From Takakia lepidozioides (lineage: Eukaryota; Plantae; Bryophyta), in the NCBI GenBank assembly GCA_030704615.1, contig CM060734.1, positions 52,390,001 through 52,454,000 on the forward strand: DNA of 64,000 nucleotides, read 5' to 3'. Every line of letters begins with the position of its first letter. Within the stretch, counting starts at the first letter, position 1. Both the position numbers and the translations under genes were made by a program. A model generated the notes under the pieces. That model made no database searches, was not told the DNA's origin, and saw only the letters and a list, made by a program, of their open reading frames with translations. Of the stretch, positions 26,501 to 38,475 are shown piece by piece.

Positions 26501-29327
26501 TGCCCCTCAGCAGACCGTGCAGCAGACCGACGAATCCAGCCAGCAGATTGCCTCTCAGCAGACTGTGCAGCACACTGGCGAACCTACTCAGCAGATGGCC
26601 GAGCAGACTATCCAGGAGACTAACAGCCAGTTTGTTCCCTGGATTCTGCAACAGACTCGGATGCACTGGCCTCACCGGGACCCTGTGGACGAATTTCTGC
26701 TGAGTTCCCAACAACATGTTTTTGGATCTGCCAGTATGAGTGTTTTGACCGAGTCCACTTTTCCCCCAGGCACATTCACTGACGATGTCATCAGGTCACC
26801 GGTAAAGCATTCTTATCCTACTCCCCGTGGTCTGCCTTCTATGACCTTCCAGGTTAGTCCGGTTTTCGTGCGCTCAGTGGCGAAAGCCATAGATGAGTCC
26901 TACGTGATGACCAAACTCAATCTGGGAACGCAAAACCGTATCATAGATCTTACAGAAGAGTCTGAGGAAGCAATTGCCGGTGGGTCTTCCATACATGTTC
27001 TTGATGTTTCCCAAGTCCATGGAGATCCGAACACCCAGCCGGCTGTCCACCAGACTGACCAGCACACTGAACAGTGGACACATGGAAGGACTGCCGAGCA
27101 ACGTGTGGCGGGGCAGCATACTGTCTTCATTGATGAGAAGACTGAACCGCAGACTAACCAGCAGACTGCACAGGTCACAGATGGAAGGACTGACCAGGAT
27201 GGCTCGGAGCGGCAGACTGCACAGCTCAGCTCTGACTGCACAGTTCAGATTGCACGGCCTGACCAGCACACTGCACACTTCACAGAGGGAAGGACTGACG
27301 ACCAACCTGCCACCGAGCACATTGCCCACATTGAGGAAGAGACTGAACCGCAGAGTTGCCAGCAGACTGCACAGTTCACAGACGAAGAACCGGCGGCCGA
27401 GCAGACTGCCCACATTGAGCAACAGACTGAACATGCTGGCAGGCACACTGACAAGGAACCACATGCGGCGCAGACACCGTCTAGTATAGCGCTGGATTAC
27501 ATGGAGTCTGCTCCCTCACCCCTTGGGCAGGTTGTGCCATTTCCTCTTTCAGCACTGTTGTTTATGTTTTAGCACATTGTGAAATTGGACTAATTCGACA
27601 TTTTGCTCGGTATCCTCACAGGATGTTCGTCCCTCCGTCGGCAGACTGTCTACTTCTGAGGACATGACATCTTCCGCCCATGCTGCAAACGTGGGATCAA
27701 CAGCCAAGAAAGGTGTGGGGGTGAGCACGCCCCAGGATGCGCGGGTCAGTTCTACACATTCGACCCACGAAGCTGCAAAGACAGGTCCAGCAAGTGTAAA
27801 CAAACCTGCTGACCAGCCTCTGTTGCGAAGTAGGGCGGCAGCGCTGCGTTTGTCTGCTCTATCCAGCCCGCCTACAGCTGTCCCTGCTTCCCAGGGGAGA
27901 GGCAAAGCCAAGAAGCGGACTGTCGTGGACCATGCTGAGGAGGTCGAGGAGGGTCCGAGTACCAAGAGACCGGCGAAGAAAAAGTCTGGCGTCTTTATGA
28001 ACAAAAACCGCAAGCTGGCTTTGGACATGGACAAAGATGTGGGTCGTTTCCTGGAGCAGCACAGGTGAGTACTGTGCTCAGTCTCCTCGTCTGTCTTTGT
28101 CGTTAAGTGCTTTGCGCTCTGTTGTGGTCAGTCTGCTGCTGGTTTCATCATTGTCTGTTGTGGTTAGTCTTGTAAGTCTGATGAATTGTTAGCCTGTAGA
28201 GTGTTTGGTACCATGTTGACGTCAGTCTGTTCAGTACATGAGGCTTCCCGAAGGATGGTCTGCTCTGTGCAGGATGGGTGCTCGGTTTGGCAAAGCACAT
28301 GCTCTGCACGTGAAGGCAGGTAATTCCATGCTGATGTTTTTTGAAGGGGATCCACGGTTTGAATGCGGATTGTCGCCGGATGACATAAAGGCGGTCCAGA
28401 AGGTTGAGTCGGAGTGCACAGATAGACTCCTGGAGCTGTGGTGTCGATTCTATGAGAAGTCGGTTGAGGCTGCGTTCATCAACACTTTTGCTGTTCTTCC
28501 AACGTCGACGTGGACGGTGTTGAAGTCATTGGGGTGGGGCAACATGAAAGCCTTCTGGAGGTCTTGAAAGGTTGCCTCAACACTGAACGACTGGGCAAGG
28601 ACTTGAAAGAGTGCGATTTCATTTTGGTGCCAATTGGGGACGAGTAAGAACTCTTCTGAGTCTGCTGAGACTGTCTCCTGAGTCATAGTCTGGTTTCGCA
28701 GTGTCGTCTTGACTCTGAGCGATTAAGTTGACCTCTGTATTTGTGCAGTGGACTGGGTTTGAAGATTGAGTTTGCTGAGTGCTGAGTTTGCTGAGTGGTC
28801 GGTCTGCTGAGTATCAGTCTGCTGAGTCTGCCCATCATGATTGTGCAATGACGCCATGTTGTTTGATACCATTGCAGGGGGCACTGGAGTGTTTGTATCA
28901 TCGACCTCCGCAATGGCTGTTACACTCACCTGAACTCTATCAGGGACTTGCATAAATGTCCCTTTGTTCTAGGGTGGATTCGGAAGCTTAGGGTACTCGA
29001 TGGACTCACCAGAGTGGCATGAGATTGTCCAAGCATTTCAGTCAGTTCCACGCGCCTGATATGCCCCAGCAACCATTCAGCTGGGAGTGTGGCTTTTACG
29101 TCATGTCATTCATTCAAGTGTTTTATGAGTGGGTAAAAGTCAAATGTCTCCAAGACTGCAAAGCCAGAGAGAGGAACACCTTTCACGAAGGACTGGTTTA
29201 CTTTCAAGTTTGCACTTGGGCAGCGAATGCAGTGTGCCCAGTATATCGTGCGGGGGTTGGACAATGTAGAGAAACTGCTCTCATGAGTATGATGTACTTG
29301 TCATGTGAAGTCTATGTACCGAAATAA
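23523..29327 (+). pseudogene. MULE-borne multi-exon gene: C2H2/C2HC-like zinc finger, Gln/Thr-rich linkers, C-terminal Ulp1-like (C48) SUMO protease; disrupted
   Basis: FCPFCEEVIKDKIQLNRHCVDTSC; QQT repeats; AFINTF..KDLKECDFILVPIGD|GHWSVCIIDL..HLNS..PQQPFSWECGFYVMSFI; GT-AG introns (24483-24815, ~25969-26058, 27531-27621, 28065-28272); in-frame TAG 24207 and TAA 26226; frameshifts in the protease domain. Confidence 0.8.
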
Positions 29328-29835
29328 AAAATGCAAGTCTTTTCCCGTACTATTCCAGTGGTGATGAGCATTTTTGTGTACTGTGGGTGCTGGCATGTTT
29401 TGTAATGTTGTCACTAAACTCAATGGACACAATGGTGTCAATTTTTCCATGCACTGTGCACCCGAGTCTGCTGAGCTTGAATGTGCGAGCAGTATGCTGC
29501 CGAGGCTAGGACTGCTAGGTCTGGTACCTAGTCTGGGAGGCACCATGTCCATGAGTCCGCTGGGACGCTGGATTGGCATAAGTTGCAGGGATGAGGTGGA
29601 AGTGTGGTGAGCAGATTTTTGGAGTGGGCAGCAGACTGACCAGCAGACTGGCTTACTGGCGCTCGCAGTCTGTTGACTGTGACTCTGTTGGGAGACTGTG
29701 CGTGAGTCCGTTGGGAGACTATGCTTGGGAGACTATGTGGGAGTCAGTTGGGAGACTGGAGGAGTCCGTTGGGAGACTGTGCATTAGTCCATTTGCGGAC
29801 TTGTATTTCAGAAAAGGGACAATGCTACCAGAAGA

Positions 29836-30087
29836 AATTGCAGACTTATATTGTCTTCTTCGTGACACCTACACGACATGTCACCTTGTCTCTTTTCGAG
29901 GAATTGCAGACTTATATTGTCTTCTCCGTGACACCTACACGACATGAAACCTTGTCTCTTTTCGAGGAATTGCAGACTTATATTGTCTTCTCCGTGACAC
30001 CTACACGACATGAAACCTTGTCTGTTTTCGAGGCATTGCAGACTTATATTGTCTTCTTCGTGACATCTACACGACCTGAAACCTTGC
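29836..30087. repeat. 66-bp tandem repeat (~3.8 copies)
   Basis: tgcagacttatattgtcttc at 29839, 29905, 29971 and 30037. Confidence 0.9.
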
Positions 30088-33000
30088 AAATTTTCGAGTA
30101 TATATGTGCTGCAGGTGCAGGTGCAGACACCCTCTTGCTGGTTCTCCGCAAAACCCTAGGCCGGGTTTTCCAGGCCTCCACGAAATCTCGTCTCATTTTC
30201 AGAGACATGTTGTTGTTGTCGTTCAGAGGACGGAAAGCCTTCGCTGCCGCAGGGTGCAACATTCCAGCCGCACTTTTCGCCAGGATATCAACGAGCTGCC
30301 CTCTGCACATATGAAGAGCAGATCGGGCATGTGCCTCCAGGTATTTGTCATCACCTACAATGCGAAGTATGTCCGCGAATTCTTGTTCCAATGAGGCTGA
30401 GACTGCAGAGGTGCCTCGTCGTAGGGGAAGTCGTCCGGAGGATGTCTTTCCATGAACTGATTGGATTCGTCGATGCCGCCGGCACCATTGCCCAAGAGCA
30501 AGTTAGGTATTCCTCCATGAATGGTTCCCCGCGCCGTGCCATAAGCGCGCACAAGGAGGCCATCCTGCAGGTCAGGGTGAAGCATCTTCAGGACACGGAC
30601 CTGATGCTTGCATAAGTTTCCCTTTATTGCCCATGGGCACGTGCAACAACCCCAATCGCAATCAGGATTGTAAACAATGTATGTTGTGCCGGGGTGGTTG
30701 CTGCTGAGAACGTAGGCTGGTTCACCAGGACCCAAGGGAAGAGTAACACTCTCAGCAGGAATGTCTCGTGCCGCAAGTATAGAACTGGATATGTACTTTT
30801 CGTGTTTGTCATTTCTTATGAACCCGTGGGTCTTCAAATGGATTGCGTACCAGTAGTGTGTTAGCACACGGCCAGTGAGATCCCATATAAGCCAGTCCAC
30901 TCTACGACCATTCATCTTGTCTTTCCCCATGGCAAGTCTTGCCTTCAGATTTCCATGGTATGCCTCAATGCTTGCGTTTGTGTCTTGGCTCGCATGAGGG
31001 ACATTGCGGGCTGCTGTACACCACATTGTTATTTTGGGCTTCCAGTACTGTTCGATATAGTCACGAAATTCATGTCCTTTCGGGTATTTTGACCTCATAC
31101 GACGGATTCTCCTTGCAACCCACCGAAGCGTTCTTTTCTCGTTGCGTGGTCCCCCTCTACAGTACATGAGGTCTCACATATCCTTCAACAAGTTTATAGC
31201 GGTCACCGGATCCGTTGTTTTCTTGCATGATTGCTTCACCCATGCCTTGCGGACATGCCAAAGGCAGAGGAAAATGAGTACTCCTTCAAAAACAATTCTA
31301 CACAACACACATGGTACACATTAGAGTCTTGGGATCGGATTGCAATGGTGGACTGCCGGAGTGGACTGTAACAGCGACCTGTATCAGCGGGCAGAGCCAC
31401 TGGACTCGCCCAGTGGACAGTACAATGCCATGATGTTGATGTGCTGGAATAACCCCATTGGACTACCCAGTGGACTTCCCCATTGGACTTCCCCTAGCTA
31501 GGACTGGGGCAGCGGACTGCCCCAGGGACTGCCGAGTGGACTTGGCAGCGGACGGCCGACCCCAGGGACTGCTGAGTGGACTTGGCAGCGGACTGCCAAG
31601 CGGACTTGCCGGGGGACTGATGACCGGACTTGACAGCGGACTACCAGTGGATTTGCCCAGCGAACTGCCATCGGGTTTCGCCACAGGAGTCTACCAGTGG
31701 ACTGTAGCAATGGACTGCTGCAGTGGACTTCGACAATGGACCGGTGCTGTGGACCAACAGACTTACCAAATAGCGTTGATTTCTGCTTCGGCATCGTCCA
31801 TAATGAAGGCATTGGGTCGCCAACTCGGCAAATCTGCGAGGACTGAATCGCGCAAGGCTCTCATCCACGGAACCAGGTCTCTTGTCCGATTCCTCGCGGA
31901 TAGGATATAGGCAATTGGTATACCGTTCAACCACTCGTCGAAGACCATCAACGTGTACAATGGGAACTGTTGGAATGCACAATGTAAGATGGTCAGAGCA
32001 TGCAAATTTCGCTCAGTTCTGCACGAGAAGACTTCATAAGAGTGATGAGGTCTGTAGCGGTTCACAATGGGTCTGCCTCTCGGTCTTCCGCAACGTACAC
32101 AACCCTAAACATACAGAAAGGGTCAGCACACCAAATATTATGTGAATGTTGCATGATATTATGCTATCATGCTCGTACAAGTCCATGGAATCGTTCGAAT
32201 AGTACCTTGTCATGATTTGTCCCAAAGGTTGCATCACATGCAACGATATGGTCATGTCCTAGTTCCAGCATTCGTTGTTTCTGCCACGGAGTCTGTATGC
32301 CAATAGTGAATGTCAAATCTCCATCAAAATGCTTGAATGTTGGCTCTAATTTCTCCTCTTGATAGAAAAAAACGGACGCAGGATTCTGGTCTCTCCACAT
32401 GCGCACACTCTCTACATTATCGGCGTGCTTTTTGAAGGTTTGTCACGCACGTTTTTCGGCAAGGTTGCGAACATCTTGCTCCAACAAGAAATCAGCGCGG
32501 GTCCATGCATCGCCCAAGCCGGTGTTGTTCATCACGTGCTCTTTATGCTCCATCATGATTTGGGCGACCGACAGGCCTCGGCACAAACACTCGACGACCC
32601 AGGCTTTCAATTCCTCGCTAATGTGTGGTGCATAGGCGTGGTGGGTGTTCCTGAACTCTGCGGACTTCCCATGCGAGGGTTTCCCTTGCGCATCTGTATG
32701 CTCCATGTTGTTGTAGTACGTGAGGACACAGATGTCAGGGGCGAGATAACATTGCTGGACCTTGAAACAACATTGACAACCACGTTTGTAAGACTCTCCA
32801 TACTCCGACTTCTTACTCCTTGGGCCTTTATGAGGGCAAGATGTTCCAGCACCCACAAGAGGTCCTCCACGCTTCTGTTTTGGATCCTCCACTATTGCCT
32901 TGTTGGTGCGCTTGTCATCAGGACCGTAGCAGCATTGATACCTGGACAGAAAATTCTAAAATCGATATCCAACGACTTGAGGAAGCATAAAATCAGAGAA

Positions 33001-33389
33001 CTCGTGAAACAAAAAATGGCAACAGACATGCAATGAAACGTCAAAAGGACTGAGGATGGTGCACACATAATACTGGACAGAAATGTGTTGGCTCTGGGTG
33101 CTTTTCGCGAGCTGGGTTCCACTTTAGAATGGACATTCACCCAAAACTGAGTGGGGTAGTCCTCCAAACTCTCCTCTCCCAGGATGAAGTCACCAACTCT
33201 ATCCCAAGGTATGCAGGCCTTTTCAACATTCACTCGCACACCCATAAACCCATATTGCGTCTCACTCTTCCAATGGAGATCCTTCCTGTTGAAGGGTCCT
33301 GGTTTTGCTGTTTGCAAACATTGTCGAAGAGGCCGTATAAGCGGGCTTTCCGTGATCAGTATATCATCGGGTTTTGCTTCCACGTCCAT
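30044..33389 (-). pseudogene. MULE transposase (MULE DDE domain + SWIM zinc finger), multi-exon, premature stops
   Basis: IPWDRVGDFILGEE|YQCCYGPDD..KRGCQCCF..HAYAPHIS; ACDATFGTN (D1); FIMDDAEAE (D2); LCLWHVRKAW (CxxH); DTNASIEAYH (E); SWIM CTCPWAIKGNLCKH; in-frame TGA at 32443 and ~31174. Confidence 0.9.
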
Positions 33390-33533
33390 GCCCTATACAG
33401 TACAAAGGACACGCTTCTGAACATGCAAGAAACGCGCCGCAGTACAAGACACGATCGACAACGTGCCAGGAGAACAGTGCGCACGTTCGCGGCTGCTGGC
33501 AAGTGGCAGGCGGCTGGGATGCAGGTTTGAATT

Positions 33534-33858
33534 GCAGCCCTAAAAATGGAGGGCTCGGATGGGTTATGGGAATGGACGATGGCGATCCTGCGCCGTCATC
33601 AGACTGGATGGCAGGGGACTGGCCAACGGATTGGCGGACTGGCAGACTGCTGGGTAGCGGACTGGCAGACTGGAGGGCAGCGGACTCATGGGCGGCGGAC
33701 TGGCTGCGCGGCGGACGGGGGCGCGCCCGCGGCTGGGCGACTGCGCGCAGCGGCGGGCGGGGCGGGCGGGGTGCTGGGGAGCCGGGCGTCCGTGCGCGGG
33801 GCCCACCGGCCACATTGCATGTGCCCATTGAAGACCCTATTATCTTAAAATGAGAGGC
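33534..33858 (-). repeat. Right TIR of the MULE
   Basis: Inverted copy of 19408-19773. Confidence 0.9.
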
Positions 33859-33899
33859 CCAGATTGACACTTGAAATTCAGGGTCTGCATTATTGGAAA

Positions 33900-34900
33900 A
33901 CCTACTTGCCTTAAGAAAAAAAAACCCTAAACCAGATCTTTTATCAACCCTGGATCAATGGCTTTCAAGAAATACCTTTGTCTGGGTCCTGGGCCGCCTG
34001 CTGGCGGAAATGGATCTTGACCCGATGGAGTGGTCTTGAAAATTCCAGAGATCGCCGGAGCCGTTCTTTGGTTACACCACAAAAAAGGGTTACAGGGCCC
34101 TCTTTAACGTTCAAAGCCTAAAGGTCAAGTGGGAAGCCAGATGGGAACTCTATGGCTTTCGCAATGGGAACTGGTCTGCCATCTAGAACTCGGTGTGGAT
34201 AAAATCGCGCCCGGCTAAGATATCTGCTTTCCTTTGGCAAATTGGTAATAGGGTGCTTGAGGTGGGAGAGTGGCTGCAGTTTCAGGCAACTCTCCTTTAT
34301 GAGTGTTGTGCAGCTAATATCTTGGAGTCCCTGGAGCATTGTCTTCTCCCCTGCCAGAGTCTGGCCTCTAGTAAGAGTATTCTATGGGTATTGGAATACT
34401 AAACCCCTACTGTCTCTGGATATCCTTCTTAACTATGACCAGCGCTCCAAGAAAATATCTATTGACTGTCCTGTTTTTGAAACCCTCTGCAGCTCGACCC
34501 TATGGCACCTATGGAAAGCTCGTTGCATGAAAACTTTCTCTGAGGAGACCTCCTCTGTTTCCTCCTTCTATCTACCGTTTTTTATGATCTAGGAGTAGAA
34601 TCAAGAAAAGCTTGGTCGAAAACATGTGCAGATATCGAACGGAATTCAAGGAGTGCGGCCTCCATCCTGCATGCTACCTTTCAGGCCACTTAGGGCAAAC
34701 ATGGCATTATCTGCATCTCCTCGGCAATGGACCGTGCTCCCTCCTCCCTGCTGGCGAGACCACCACTCACCTCCCCACTGTGTCCCCTGAGTTCGAGCGG
34801 GACGTAAACTGGAAGCACTTGAAGCCTTCATCAACTGTCTCTAGGCTTCATTATCGTTAGAAAGTTCCTCAGAGAGACAAGCCACTTCCTCAGTGTCCTG
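33900..34900 (+). mobile_element. L1-like LINE ORF2 C-terminal (zf-RVT) remnant
   Basis: WIKSRPAKISAFLWQIGNRVL..CCAANILESLEHCLLPC; LWHLWKARC. Confidence 0.75.
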
Positions 34901-35089
34901 GATCCTATTAGCAATCGCACAGCCCCCGAGTGCTATGTCCCGGAGAGCTCTCTTAGCTAAGTTGTCAACCAGTAGTTTTCTTGATAGTTCCCCATCCTTC
35001 CTAGACTGGATCATAGATAAATTTCGATCTGCAGGTAGATTGTTACATAGCTCAAGACTTCTTGATCAATCTCTCTTTTGAGGGGAAGG

Positions 35090-36350
35090 GTTTTTTTTTT
35101 TTTTTTTTTTTAAATTTTTAAACAGGGACGGTGGCCTCAAAGCTTTATATATATGTGCGTAAAAATCACGAAATACATCCTGGGGGAGAGTCAAAATGGA
35201 AAAAATAACCTCCTATAAGGCCGTGAAGGCGTATCGTATGGGGTATACCCAGGAAGGGGGAGAAGAGGTGGTGAACTAAAAGGGTGTAGGCCCTGATCTG
35301 AGAAGAAGCAAGGCAGACATGGGGGAGTCTGGCGTTGGACAAGCTAGGTGACAGACACTATCACAGACACAAGATGGGGTGTACCGTTGCAATCTATCAC
35401 CCAAGTCTGGGTAATGATTTCCTGCCCTTTCCTGCTCTACGCTCCAAAGTCCAACTGCACCTTTGATTTGTAAGAACTCAGTTTCTGGTGTCTCCAATTA
35501 ATATCCAGTGCTTCAGAGTCAGCTGGCGATTTGCCAAGCCCTGGGGATGTTGTCATTCCAAATGACTCTAGAGTTAGAGATCCTGGTGCAGATGATGTTG
35601 TCTTTAGCCCAGGTGATGTTGAAGTCCGAGAACAGTTGTTGCCTCCTTCCTTCATTACACCTGCTGAAAAGCTGCAAAGCAATACCCGCCAAGCCTTATG
35701 TCCCTCAGTCACCAATCTGCATAGATTTTACAAAGGGTTGCTCTGATGCTTGGTCTCTTTCCCTCAAAAACCATTTTGCATCTAGTTTTCCAAATGTCTC
35801 AGAGAGACTAAGCTCTCAAATTAGCCCATATTGGACATGTGTTCCATAAGGCTCCATTCTGCAGATTGAGAAGCAACAGGTTGTCCGCAGCAGGTTGTCC
35901 GAGGTGGGCGGCAGAACCATCCACTTGGAGTAGAAAGAATTGATGAAATTCCACACCCTTGAGGCTGTCTGGCAATGTAGCAGGCAGTGTTCAAGGGATT
36001 CATAATGTCCTTGTTGGCATGAAACACAGATCGGACTCAGGGCAGGGATCATGCTGGCCACTGGCAGAATCCTATTTGCTATTTTCCAAAAGAACATACT
36101 CACTTTCGAGGCTCTCTGCTTGGCCCAGATATCTTTCCAGATCCTTTTCCAACCCTGGCTGTTGAGATTTATATTCCATTTGGCATCAAAGCAAGAGTCT
36201 CCCAACAAGAGCTTATAACCAAATTTTACTTTGTAGCCTAGAAATGGGGTTTTCTTTTCATCTTTCCATGTCCATTGTCCAGGGTCCAGGTGCAGTCTGC
36301 TAAGAGGGAGAGTAGGGATATGTTTTTGGCCCAACATATCTCATCTCCAG
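35090..36350 (-). mobile_element. 5'-truncated L1-like LINE (zf-RVT, 3' UTR, poly-A)
   Basis: WKRIWKDIW..KVSMFFWKIANRILPV..CVSCQQGHYESLEHCLLHC; poly-T run ~35090-35111 on +. Confidence 0.8.
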
Positions 36351-37344
36351 GAGGGTTCCTATTCTCACTGATATCGGTGTGTGTGCCTTATGGTGTAATC
36401 GGGGTTTTAATTTTTCTCCCCACAATAAGCTACAATCCCCGGACCCTTGTTAATTTTTAATAATAATAATAACAAATAAAGATAAAAATAACAAGCCTAA
36501 CAGGGTGATGGGCTCTCTTGCTTTGGCAAAACACAAGAGGAAGGAAGGGGAATGACTCAGCACAACACACCAATCGGAGCCTTGGCATGGTGTAAGGTCC
36601 TTTGACCACATTTTCTTCATTCAATTCTTCAACATGTTGCAAAGTCTCTCTCTACAAGAGATCCAACAATAAAAAAGAACATGCTCAGTTGTCTGTCATG
36701 TGTTGTGAAGCACCGGAATCAATATACCATGAGTCTTCAGCAATTTCAGGCAGACAAGGAAGTTTCAAATAATTTGGTTTCATGGGAAATGGAACTATTG
36801 GTATGACTAGTTCTCCTCTCATCGGACATTGAACCCTGTCTGTGTGAGGAAGTAGAGAAGAAGAGAGAGCATTCTAAACTGACGCCATGATGAGTGTAGA
36901 AGGATAGCTTAGAAACTGATGGAAAAAGGCCGAGGTGGGCTGCCACAGGTATTCGCCATACAGGTGAGTGGGCTCCGTGAAGACCTCAAAAAACATGCCG
37001 CCACCTGTGCACTGCAGAAAAGCAATGGAGAAGGAGCAAAAACCAACAAAGCATAGAGTAACGATGAGAAAGAACTGAAGCTGTGGAGCTGAAATGCGCA
37101 GACGACGGAGTCCCTTGCATATGGTGGCTATGGCGCCGTCAGGGATGCCATTCAAATTGGGTAATAACACGAAACACTTGGCGGTTTCTTTTTTGGGGTC
37201 GCTGTATTTGAATGAATGCGACGTCGGATCCAGGCTCGGAATTGTGTTGCGCAATTCAGCAGAAAGGAATGTACTCTGGGCGAAGAAGCAAGAAAGCGCA
37301 TGGGATCATAGGCAATGCCGATAATTGGTATGTCTGGCGTGTAG

Positions 37345-38475
37345 GTCAACGCTGGAGCATGGAACAGCGCTGGCAGGAGTTGTTTGAAGATACTTCACAA
37401 TGGTGGGACAGTAGCCTTGACAAGGTGAGCTTTCTTCGTGTAGGAGTTTTATTGAACTCTGGTATGATCGTATTATGTGAATTGGATTGTACCGTTGTTG
37501 AGAATTTGGCTTTGCTGTCCGTATCGAGGTTGTTCTTCCTGAGTCGGTATGATTTTACAAGATCTTTTCCCTGGAGTCTGCAAGGCACTTGGGAGGGGTG
37601 AGACTGTGGTTGCTCCCTGGTCGTTTTCACAGACCACTCCAAAATCTCCAGTCTACAGGCATAAGCTGGGTTTCATATTTATAAGTTTGGACATGTTCGA
37701 ATGTTCCTCATTGTGTAGAGTCCAATGGAGCCCAAATTGACGTGCATGAATGTTGCTGAAAGCTCACTAGCACTCCTCCATAAGGGAACTTGTGGAAATG
37801 TTGATGCTGTGGGATTTTTGGGCACAAAGGTCTACTGTGGAGCATGGAGCAGAGTTCGCATGAGGTTTTCAAAGCTCCTTCTCAATGGTGGGACAAACCC
37901 AATCACAAGGTGTGGCTTTCTTAATGTACGATGTGAAAAAACTTGGTCCATCCTGCAAATGTGGGCTCTTTCTGGTAGTATCAGGATTTGGTATTTTTCC
38001 TGGTGCTTACAAGGTACTTGAGAGGGTCTTCTTGGTCTTAGGAGGCCGAGTTTCTATGGCTGCTCAGCTGCACGGTGGTGGTTCTCCTCACAGACCAATC
38101 CAAGATCACCTGACTACAAACACAAGCAGCACACAGAAGAGGTCCTTTTGGGTGGATGGTCGGTTGAATCCTCCATGGTTGAAAGAAGAGCTAGCTGCTT
38201 TCATGATACAAGGTCAAGGACAACATGGTGAGGGCACCTTCTTCTTCAACACATTTCAGTTTCCCCCTCTTATCAGAGTCGCGTTGTCCCTATTTTTTCA
38301 TGTTGAATTCTGCTAGTCAGCTCATTGGGTGGATCTATGATGGTTTGTAGTGATTTTCACATGGTAGTGCCAATGTGTCAGCAGGAAAGTTTCCAAGAAC
38401 AGCTAGCAGAGTTGAGAAGCTGTGGAATGAATATTTTTCCGATCCCGTCAATGGTGGGACAATTGAGGCAAAAAG
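37345..38475 (+). pseudogene. Decayed upstream exons encoding OSB-type PDF motifs (copy 1)
   Basis: WQELFEDTSQWWDSSLDK|TTPKSPVYRHK; VFKAPSQWWDKPNHK|TNPRSPDYKHK/(frameshift)SFWVDGRLNPPWLKEEL; EKLWNEYFSDP/(frameshift)QWWDN*GKK| then IHPRGPDLKHK in the main exon. Confidence 0.7.

Larger units (their letters stand above)
19408..33858. mobile_element. Full-length Mutator-like element (MULE), 14,451 bp, long GC-rich TIRs, 9-bp TSD
   Basis: TSD ccagattga at 19399-19407 and 33859-33867; termini gcctctcatttta.aataatagggtcttcaatgggcac inverted at both ends; MULE DDE + SWIM transposase inside. Confidence 0.95.

Noticed and set aside
24207-32445. Premature stops repaired by U-to-C editing or readthrough
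   Set aside because: Such editing is known only for organellar transcripts; accompanying frameshifts indicate ordinary decay
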